Source of the DNA: Limisphaerales bacterium
GTDB taxonomy: Bacteria > Verrucomicrobiota > Verrucomicrobiia > Limisphaerales > SIBE01
Direction: 5' to 3'
DNA: 62,523 nucleotides
Assembly: GCA_044225505.1 (NCBI GenBank)
Contig: JBGAIN010000007.1
Coordinates: 62,001-124,523, forward strand
The first letter of the stretch is position 1. The number at the start of each line of letters is the position of its first letter. Below, piece by piece: positions 52,979 through 60,374 of this stretch. The notes below the pieces were generated by a model, which saw only the letters and a list, made by a program, of their open reading frames with translations, had not been told where the DNA came from and did no database searches. Made by a program: the position numbers and the translations under genes.

Positions 52979-53000
52979 GGGACAAACGATCCAAATGCCT

Positions 53001-53110
53001 CAACGAGAACTGGGTACTATAAAACGCCAAAACGCCGCTGCTTGTAAACGGAAATATGCGCAAATACGTAATCCACCGTATCAGACATTCCAAGCACCGC
53101 CTTACCTCTG
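53001..53110 (-). promoter_or_regulatory. Conserved upstream element of giant gene, copy A
   Basis: 37 bp at 53037-53073 are identical to 55579-55615. Contains TACG-N8-CGTA (53065-53080) and an adjacent degenerate copy AACG-N8-CGCA (53047-53062). Confidence 0.8.
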
Positions 53111-53316
53111 GCTATCCTTCCTGGGCTCCCGTCAGTGCTGTCCGGGAATCCGAGTCAGGCGGACGCAGAACAGAGGTAGTCGTGCCGTCGACCGAGCTCG
53201 TTCCGACCTCCGAGGCGGGTTCGCCCATCACGCTGCCTCAGAGGAAGAGAAATAGGAACCGGCGTGCGAGCGTTTGTGGAGTTACATTGAAGTGTGGCCA
53301 GGCCCGAACCGCAGGA

Positions 53317-53760
53317 CTAAGTCAGCGCTTGCGGCTCGTTGCCGCGGAAAGTGCCGTCAACGCCACCAGCGTCCCGATGACCCGCAGCGCTGCTCGAATT
53401 CTCCAGAAGAGGGGCAACGTCGCGCAGCGCGTCCATGATTCTCTTACCTGAAAGCCGTACGCCAACGGTGTTGCGCATAAAGCCCCCCTTCCTGCGATAC
53501 TCTGAGCGGTAAACATCGAGCTCCGACCGGAATTCCGCGGAACTGCGGGCATTGCCGAGGAATCGAAGAGTGCGCAGTTCCAGGTCAAAGTAAGAAGGTG
53601 ACAGAAGGCGGACTGCCCAAACGAAAGGACGAGCACGCCGATGAAGTCCGGCCTGAAGCAGCCTGCGCTCGAAGACTTCACTCGGACATTGATGGCGGTT
53701 TGCGTAGGCTTCCCGGAAGCTTTGCGCCCATGTCGTTGTTAGCGGAATTGGTGCCAACAA
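53317..53760 (-). CDS. Hypothetical protein (start uncertain)
   Basis: 147-aa ORF with protein-like composition (W.xSFREAY...CPSEVFE...GGFMRNTVGVRLSGKRI). Resembles small conserved hypotheticals I associate with Verrucomicrobia; not verified. Confidence 0.6.
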   Translation of the reverse strand: MLAPIPLTTTWAQSFREAYANRHQCPSEVFERRLLQAGLHRRARPFVWAVRLLSPSYFDLELRTLRFLGNARSSAEFRSELDVYRSEYRRKGGFMRNTVGVRLSGKRIMDALRDVAPLLENSSSAAGHRDAGGVDGTFRGNEPQALT

Positions 53761-54059
53761 AAAGATCGTATAGGAAACCGCGCCGACGAATCACGCAAAT
53801 TCTGACCTCGGCGTCGGTCCCGGGCTCGCGACAGCCCAGACGACACCTGCGCCTTTCGCAAAAGGCGTTCAAAGACCCAGTGCGAGAGCCGGTTACACCC
53901 GCTGGGCGAAAAGGCGATAGCGGTCGGTTTCCGCCAAGACGTTGAGCCCGACGTCGAAAAGAGCTTGGACTGAGCGGACGGAGGCGTGCTTAGCGGAATC
54001 CCATTGAACGGCTGCCCCTGCCGTCGACTGTCGGTGCGCAGACGGGTTCGAACCGCTGC

Positions 54060-54102
54060 TGACCCACTGGTAACCCACTTGGAGTGGGTTACCAGTGGGT
54101 CA
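54060..54102. repeat. Perfect 20-bp inverted repeat with 3-nt loop, built from ACCCACT units at 11-bp period
   Basis: TGACCCACTGGTAACCCACT-tgg-AGTGGGTTACCAGTGGGTCA. ACCCACT at 54062 and 54073; AGTGGGT at 54083 and 54094. Confidence 0.95.
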
Positions 54103-54273
54103 CCTCCGAATGAAGACCGGGAGACGGTCGGACGGGGCTGAATCGAGAAAAACAGCGGCGCGCGCGAGACGGATCACTGAAGCGGAGGATGCGGCCAAAA
54201 GGAGAGAGGCACGCGGAGTAGTTGAAATAGCGATTTGAACTCGCGCCGCGCCACCGGGGCTCCGAAGGAGGGT

Positions 54274-54322
54274 AAATGTCTCACACTCCGAGAACAAATT
54301 GCGGACGTAGTGTGCAACATTT
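54274..54322 (-). promoter_or_regulatory. Imperfect palindrome sharing a motif with 7161-7203
   Basis: AAATGTctCACACT...AGTGTGcaACATTT. The minus strand reads CGTCcgCAATTTG-N8-GTGTGAGACA. Confidence 0.5.
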
Positions 54323-54527
54323 GGGAGTCAACGAGCGGGTCGCAGCTTAGCAACTTTCGATAGCGCAACGCATTACGCCAAAAACGCCCAACTTGCCTAG
54401 TCTCGCTGAGTGAGGCGCCTATTCCTCCAGCAGTCGCTCCAGGTTTGCCCATGACCACAGCGGCGACACCTTGGCGCCCCAGCTTTCCGACGTGACTTTG
54501 GGCCGGGGCAATCCCAGATTCGGGTGG

Positions 54528-55383
54528 ATGAAAAAACGTTCTCCGGTCTCCCGCAGCGGTCGTTTTGCTGAGGGACCCAGTGCGGATGTCGCTGAGTTCA
54601 CGCAGTCGGTTTCGTTTGATTGGCGGTTATGGCGGCACGACATTCTGGGATCCATGGCGCACGCTGCCATGCTTCGCCAGATCGGCTTAATCACAAGGGC
54701 CGAGGAACGGGCGATTGTGCAGAACCTGGATGCGATCGCGGAGGAAATCGCCGAGAAGAAGTTTCGATGGCAGCCCGAGCTCGAGGATGTGCACATGAAC
54801 ATCGAAGCGGAATTGACGCGCCGGACACCAGCGGGCGCCAAGCTGCATACGGGCCGGTCGCGGAACGACCAGGTAGCGTTGGATGTTCGGCTTTGGCTGC
54901 GCGACGAGATTGTCGAGATGGTGCAGGAAATCCGTGGGTTGCAATCGGCGCTGGTGACATTGGGGACCCGGAATGGGGATGTTGTGATTCCCGGATACAC
55001 GCACTTACAGCGGGCCCAACCGGTTTATCTGTCCCATCACCTCCTCGCTTATGTGGAGATGCTCGAGCGGGACCACCAACGCCTCTCCGACTGTTTCGGG
55101 CGTGTCAACGTCTGTCCACTCGGCGCCGGTGCGCTCGCCGGCTCAACGCTTCCCTTGGACCGGGCGATGGTCGCGCAACTCCTCGGGTTCGTCGATGCGA
55201 AAGGCCGACCGCAATTGGCGCAAAACTCGATGGACGCCGTGAGTGATCGGGATTTTGTGATTGAGTTTTGCAGCGCCGCCGCGGTCATTTCGATGCACCT
55301 TTCCCGGCTGGCTGAGGACGTCATTCTCTGGGCCACGACGGAGTTTGGGTTTATCAAGCTGACCGACGCCTATACGACGGGAT
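54528..55383 (+). CDS. argH: Argininosuccinate lyase, 3' part lost at an assembly gap
   Basis: EDVHMNIE, LHTGRSRNDQVALD, PGYTHLQRAQP, PLGAGALAGS and NSMDAVSDRDF. Sequence stops at AYTTG, just before the expected GSSxMPxKxNP signature, at the n at 55384. Confidence 0.93.
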
Positions 55384-55384
55384 N

Positions 55385-55520
55385 ACGCGCCCGAGAGCGC
55401 CAAAGAAGCAGAAGAAACATCACCCGGTCCGGTCGGATCCGCAGACAACAGAACTCTCGCCTCGAGCTGTTCAAGCTCGAAACGCCTCAGCGAATCGGAA
55501 CGCGTAGCCGGTGATTTCAA
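55385..55520 (-). CDS. 5' stub of a second LEPR-XLL protein, paralogous to the giant gene and cut by the gap
   Basis: TTG 55520 gives (M)KSPATRSDSLRRFELEQLEARVLLSADPTGPG, versus (M)RSPATLSGSRKRFELELLEARVLLSADPGGAG at 52978. Confidence 0.85.
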
Positions 55521-55542
55521 CGGACAAATCGGCAAAAGGCAT

Positions 55543-55652
55543 CAACGAGAACCGCCCGGTATAGAACCCTACAAAGCTGCTGCTTGTAAACGGAAATATG
55601 CGCAAATACGTAATCTCCCGTAGCAGGCATTCCAAGCGCCGCCTTACCTCTG
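55543..55652 (-). promoter_or_regulatory. Conserved upstream element of giant gene, copy B
   Basis: Colinear with 53001-53110. TACG-TAATCTCC-CGTA at 55607-55622 differs from copy A only in the spacer. Confidence 0.8.
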
Positions 55653-55865
55653 CGCATCTTTCGCGGGCGCCCTCCTCTTCGATCTCTCCGACCCACTGTG
55701 TCGCGCTCCGTTGGCGCGGAACGGCCGTGCCTTTCGCACGTGTGACGGTCGCCGTTTCCAAGCTTGTCGGGGAGGTGAGAATCAGCCATGATCTTTTAAC
55801 TCAACGCGCCCGAACCATCTGCCCTCGAGGTATTACCTCGAACGACATTTCAGATTGAAGCAGCT

Positions 55866-57398
55866 ATGAAAAGATTCGCATCTCAGACCCCCTCCGTTTC
55901 ACGACGGCAGTTCCTTGCGGGCGCCAGCGTCGCTGCCACAGCGCTGACTATAGTGCCTCGTCACGTCCTGGGCGGCCCTGGCCAGATTGCGCCAAACGAC
56001 AAGATCAACATCGCTTACATCGGCTGCGGGTCGCAGGGCTTGCGACAGCTCATGCCAGCGCTTGAAAAGCCTGAGCTGAACATTGTCGCCGTTTGCGATC
56101 CAAACACCAAGAGCGACGACTATCCAGAATGGGGCCCGCACGAGCTCAATGATAAAGTCAGAAAGTTCCTCGAGGATGATAGTTGGGCGAAAACCGCTCG
56201 CGGAGGCCTGTGCGGCCGCGAAGTCGGACAAGAACTGGTCCGCCGATCCTATGCGCGCCAGAAACGATCGGGATTAGCGGATGCCTGTCGCGGTTACGCA
56301 GATTTCCGAGACCTGCTCGCTTCCGAGAAGAATTTGGATGCGGTTTACATTATGACGCCAGAACATTTGCACGGCGTGATTGCCGTTCGAGCGATGCAAG
56401 CGGGCAAGCATGTTATCACGCATAAGCCGATATCCAACGTGCTCGAAGAGGTTCGAATCGCCCGGGACACAGCACGTTCCACTGGCCGGGTCGCGCAACT
56501 GTTCTGCGCTGCAAGCATGGCCTCAACGCCTACATTAATGGAGTGGCTCGGCAGCGGAGCCATCGGTCCAGTCCGGGAGGTCTATAACTGGTCGTCGCGA
56601 CCGTTCTGGCCGCAAGGAATGACAGAATTGCCTGCGGAAAAGCCGCCCATCCCAGCGGGTTTCGAGTGGGATCTTTGGCTGGGACCGGCGGCATCGCGCC
56701 CTTACAATCCCGCCTACACTCATGCCGTCTTTCGCGGCTGGTATGACTTTGGCACAGGCGCTTTGGGAGACATGGGGCACTACAGCTTTCACCAGATATT
56801 TCGCATCCTGCAACTTGGCGCCCCGGCCTCTGTTCAAGCGAGTCACAGCGAGTTCTGGAAGATCAGCGAGTACGGCTGGCACAAACAGAACAACCGCCTG
56901 TCCTATCCTCAAGCCTCCACCGTGCACTGGGAGTTTCCCGCGCGGGGTGATGAGCCGCCTGTCACGCTTCACTGGTATGATGGCGGGCTGCGGCCGCCCT
57001 TACTCCCTGAACTCGAGCAAGACGGCGAGGAGATGCCCGACGAAGGACTCCTCCTGGTGGGCAGTGAGGGTAAGATCCTCGGCGACTTTAACGGCGGCAG
57101 CCCACGACTTTTGCCGAAGTCGCGAATGGCTGCATTCCAGCCGCCGCCGCAGACACTGCCTCGTCCGAAAGACGAACTGGACCAGTTTATCGCCGCCTGC
57201 CATGGAGGTCAGGAACCCGACGCCAGTTTTGAGCACGCTTATCCGTTTGCGGAAAGCATTCTGCTCGGCACCATCGCGTTACGGGTCAACAAGAAGCTCC
57301 GCTGGAACTCCGCCGCGTTCGAGTTTACGAATTCCGACGAAGCGAACGGCTTGCGGTCGCGGCGTAATCGCCCGGGCTGGGAATTGAAGCCTGCCTGA
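55866..57398 (+). CDS. Tat-exported Gfo/Idh/MocA family oxidoreductase
   Basis: SRRQFL Tat motif, IAYIGCGSQG Rossmann motif, TPEHLH, KP, WDLWLGPA and FGTGALGDMGHY. Confidence 0.92.
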   Translation: MKRFASQTPSVSRRQFLAGASVAATALTIVPRHVLGGPGQIAPNDKINIAYIGCGSQGLRQLMPALEKPELNIVAVCDPNTKSDDYPEWGPHELNDKVRKFLEDDSWAKTARGGLCGREVGQELVRRSYARQKRSGLADACRGYADFRDLLASEKNLDAVYIMTPEHLHGVIAVRAMQAGKHVITHKPISNVLEEVRIARDTARSTGRVAQLFCAASMASTPTLMEWLGSGAIGPVREVYNWSSRPFWPQGMTELPAEKPPIPAGFEWDLWLGPAASRPYNPAYTHAVFRGWYDFGTGALGDMGHYSFHQIFRILQLGAPASVQASHSEFWKISEYGWHKQNNRLSYPQASTVHWEFPARGDEPPVTLHWYDGGLRPPLLPELEQDGEEMPDEGLLLVGSEGKILGDFNGGSPRLLPKSRMAAFQPPPQTLPRPKDELDQFIAACHGGQEPDASFEHAYPFAESILLGTIALRVNKKLRWNSAAFEFTNSDEANGLRSRRNRPGWELKPA

Positions 57399-57416
57399 GC
57401 GAACCTCCACGTTCAC

Positions 57417-57445
57417 CACCAGGAACGTCTGTGACGATCCTGGTG
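57417..57445. terminator. Hairpin between convergent genes (possible terminator, no U-tract)
   Basis: CACCAGGA-A-CGTC-TGT-GACG-A-TCCTGGTG, starting 19 bp after the oxidoreductase stop. Confidence 0.35.
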
Positions 57446-57537
57446 AGCGTCTCGCGGACCGCCATTGACCACACTTTTGGGCCTTGAGGAAAGACCAGGA
57501 GCGGGGTCGGCGGCGGTGTCCGCGATTCAGCGGAACC

Positions 57538-58314
57538 CTAGTCCAGAGGAGTGATTTGGATATTGTCGAGCCAGAGGTCCACATCCTGGCTGACTGAGGA
57601 GATATCGTTGAATGTGATCGTTGTCGACGGACCACTGGCCTCGAACACTGAGACCTGTGATAACCAACGCATCCCATTGGCTGGCGCCCAGACCGATCGT
57701 GTCTGCGAGAATGACTGGCTGCCATTCCAAAACACCACTTCCAATCGCTGCTCGTTATTGTTGACCTCGGAATAAGCTCCAATATCGAACCGGAGCATGT
57801 AGAGGTGCCCCGACTTCGTCGGGACTGTCTGCCAGATCGCACCATCCGGAGTGCTCTGACCAGCGTTGAACTGGATGGCAGAACTGCCGTCGGTACTGAT
57901 GCCAGAAACGACTCGCTGGTTTCCCATGGCGCCCCAGCCCGCCAGGCCCGATTCAAAGCTGCCATTGATAATCTCGATTGGACGATCTGCCTCAGGCACC
58001 GCAAAAGTGATCACGTTCGAGGGTTCACTTTCCATCCCCCACAGGTCTACGGTGGTTGTGTAGAACTGGTAGGTCTTGCCGGAACCTAATTCGTTAACGT
58101 CGGCTTGAGTTGTGTTTCCGACATCAACACGATTCAGTTGATCAGCTCCTACCTCACCGAAATAGAGGGCATACGAGGCGGCGTGTAAGTCTGGACTTGG
58201 ATCCCATGCAAGCGACAGCGCTGAGACTGCCAACACTTCAGGGGCGAGACCGGTAACCATGGCCATACTCGCGACCGTAGAGGCGAGCTGGCCAGAACAA
58301 AATTTACGGATCAT
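57538..58314 (-). CDS. Secreted fibronectin type III plus DUF642/CBM-like protein
   Basis: LAWDPS...YALYFG...DVGNTT...TYQF...ESEPSN (FN3), then INGSFE...IWQTVPT...YMLRFD...LDNIQI (jelly-roll CBM-like). Confidence 0.75.
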   Translation of the reverse strand: MIRKFCSGQLASTVASMAMVTGLAPEVLAVSALSLAWDPSPDLHAASYALYFGEVGADQLNRVDVGNTTQADVNELGSGKTYQFYTTTVDLWGMESEPSNVITFAVPEADRPIEIINGSFESGLAGWGAMGNQRVVSGISTDGSSAIQFNAGQSTPDGAIWQTVPTKSGHLYMLRFDIGAYSEVNNNEQRLEVVFWNGSQSFSQTRSVWAPANGMRWLSQVSVFEASGPSTTITFNDISSVSQDVDLWLDNIQITPLD

Positions 58315-58324
58315 GCGGCGCCCT

Positions 58325-58341
58325 AAGCATCTGCTGTGCCG
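58325..58341 (-). promoter_or_regulatory. Putative sigma-54 promoter
   Basis: Minus strand CGGCAC-AGCAG-ATGCT has GG-N10-GC spacing, directly upstream of the FN3 gene. Confidence 0.45.
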
Positions 58342-58661
58342 AGATTCACTCGTTGCAGACGTGCGAAGCGGCCTTTCCTAGAGAATTCACAGATTTGTCG
58401 CTAAACTGTTGCCACAGGGCCGATTGAAGCCGCTTCACCAGCCCATGACACCGGCATTTGTTTGTCCCATTCTTGGCTCCTGCCCGCGAATCGTGTCTTG
58501 AGCCGAGACAACTCCACCTAAACCAACCGTCCGCTCGCATGTTTCCTCGGTTCCCAAAGCTTCGCAATGGCCACCGGTTTTCGATCTCAGGGTTTCCCTG
58601 ACGAAATCGAGCCCGCGAGCAGCTGCCGCACCGGCAGTTTTTCTTCGACAGCAACCTTGGA

Positions 58662-60032
58662 TTGGAGTCGTCTATCTCCATGCGTTGTTGTTTGTTGAAG
58701 CTCGTTGTAAAGCTGTGCGGAGCGTCGACTCAGCCCTGGCCTTCGAATCGTATCCACAGATTCTGGCGATGGTTTGTTTTCGTTGCATGGATGGCTGGAA
58801 GCATTCTTGAGCCACTGCGCGCGGCCGTGCCGACCGCTGATCCAGCCGTGGTCACACGTTGGCAAGCGCTCCGCTTCGGCCTCTTCATTCATTGGGGTCC
58901 CGTTTCCCTAAAGGGCACGGAGATCGGGTGGTCTCGCGGCAGTGAACGACGTGGCTACGGCTCCACCGGCACGGAAGTTCCCGCGGAAATCTACGACAAT
59001 CTCTATCGCGAGTTTAATCCAACCAACTTTTACGCCTCCGATTGGGTGGCGTTAGCCCAAGACGCTGGGATGAAGTACTTGGTGTTCACCAGTCGGCATC
59101 ACGATGGGTTCAGTATGTTCGACACGCAAGCGAGCGACTACAAGATCACCAACCCTCATTCTCCGTTCCGTCGGGATGTCGTGAAAGAGCTTGCAGACGC
59201 TTGCCATGCCGCCAACCTGCGATTCGGCCCCTACTATTCGCAGCCGGACTGGCATCATGCCGACGCCTTTACCAAAGACCGCCACGAGCGTTATCTCAAT
59301 TACCTGAAAGCGCAAGTTACGGAACTCTGCTCTAATTACGGTCGCTTGGATGTCTTCTGGTTCGACGGCCTTGGCAAGTCCGCAGCCGAGTATGATGGCG
59401 AAGGCTTGGTTCGCATCATTCGCCGACTGCAACCCGAGATCATTATCAACGATCGGACAGGCTTGCCGCAAGACCACGACACTCCCGAACAGCGGATCGG
59501 AAAGTACCAGGATGATCGACCTTGGGAATCGTGCATCACGATCGGCCAGCAATGGGCCTGGAAGCCAAACGATACGATCAAATCCCTTCGGGAATGTTTA
59601 GAAACCCTGGTTACCTGTGCCGGTGGAGACGGGAACCTTCTTTTCAACGTCGGTCCGATGCCCGACGGCCGTATCGAACCAAGGCAAGCGGAGCGGCTGC
59701 GCGAAATGGGCCGCTGGCTCGCAGTCCATGGAGAGAGCATCTACGGTACTCGCGGTGGTCCCTGGAAACCGACCCAGACCATGGCGAGCACCCGGAAGGG
59801 ACAAGTGGTGTACCTGCACCTGTTCCACGGCGCCGGAGCCCAGGTCGAACTGCCGGCACTGCCTAGGGAGATTCAATCGGCCACACGGCTGAACGGCGAA
59901 GCCGTTTCCGCACGCCAGGTCAACGGAAAACTCTTGGTAACCTTGGATGAAGGAGCGCGCGATCCGATCGACACGGTGATCCGGTTAAATCTAGACGGGC
60001 CGGCAACTGACATTCCGGCAATCTTCCGATAA
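58662..60032 (+). CDS. Alpha-L-fucosidase, GH29 (start uncertain: 58662, 58680 or 58791)
   Basis: FGLFIHWG, AGMKYLVFTSRHHDGF, FWFDG (nucleophile), GNLLFNVGP and GESIYGTR. Confidence 0.92.
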   Translation: MESSISMRCCLLKLVVKLCGASTQPWPSNRIHRFWRWFVFVAWMAGSILEPLRAAVPTADPAVVTRWQALRFGLFIHWGPVSLKGTEIGWSRGSERRGYGSTGTEVPAEIYDNLYREFNPTNFYASDWVALAQDAGMKYLVFTSRHHDGFSMFDTQASDYKITNPHSPFRRDVVKELADACHAANLRFGPYYSQPDWHHADAFTKDRHERYLNYLKAQVTELCSNYGRLDVFWFDGLGKSAAEYDGEGLVRIIRRLQPEIIINDRTGLPQDHDTPEQRIGKYQDDRPWESCITIGQQWAWKPNDTIKSLRECLETLVTCAGGDGNLLFNVGPMPDGRIEPRQAERLREMGRWLAVHGESIYGTRGGPWKPTQTMASTRKGQVVYLHLFHGAGAQVELPALPREIQSATRLNGEAVSARQVNGKLLVTLDEGARDPIDTVIRLNLDGPATDIPAIFR

Positions 60033-60165
60033 CCGGATGGCAAAATTTTTAGGTATTTTTGGGAGTTGAGATGGGCTGAAGATCGTCGCCGAGAGCGTTC
60101 TCTAGCCTCCGTCCTGCCTGCGACTCAGGCATTTGCTAAAACTGCGATTTTTTCTAAAAAAGTGC

Positions 60166-60256
60166 TTGCCGATTTAGGACGGAAATCTATGGTAGCGTTA
60201 ATTCAGCAAGCACTATATGTTGTGCTATGAATCGGCGACTCACCAACTAATAGCGT
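60166..60256 (+). promoter_or_regulatory. nrdJ promoter with tandem NrdR boxes
   Basis: TTGCCG-N16-TATGGT (60166-60193). GCACTATATGTTGTGC (60210-60225) matches the NrdR consensus acaCwAtATaTwGtgt; a weaker CACCAACTAATAGCGT starts 31 bp later. Confidence 0.75.
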
Positions 60257-60374
60257 AAAAGCGCAGTTCCATGAAAGTTCACTTTATAGCCTTTTTATCG
60301 AGATTCGTCGAGCGGCGCGCCGCCCTGTTGGTGTGAGATAGTTGCCAATTGGAGTTAATTTAACCGAGACACCT

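Noticed and set aside
53741..53757. Sigma-54-like TTGGCACCAATTCCGCT on the minus strand
   Set aside because: It overlaps the first codons of ORF 53317-53760, and no in-frame ATG/GTG/TTG start follows before the conserved-looking region. Cannot be resolved.
55384..55514. C-terminal extension of ORF 54471-55514 suggesting an ArgH fusion
   Set aside because: It is read-through across the n gap into the antisense strand of the LEPR-XLL stub.
60033..60374. Cobalamin riboswitch upstream of nrdJ
   Set aside because: No B12-box-like sequence recognised; the NrdR boxes and promoter account for the region.
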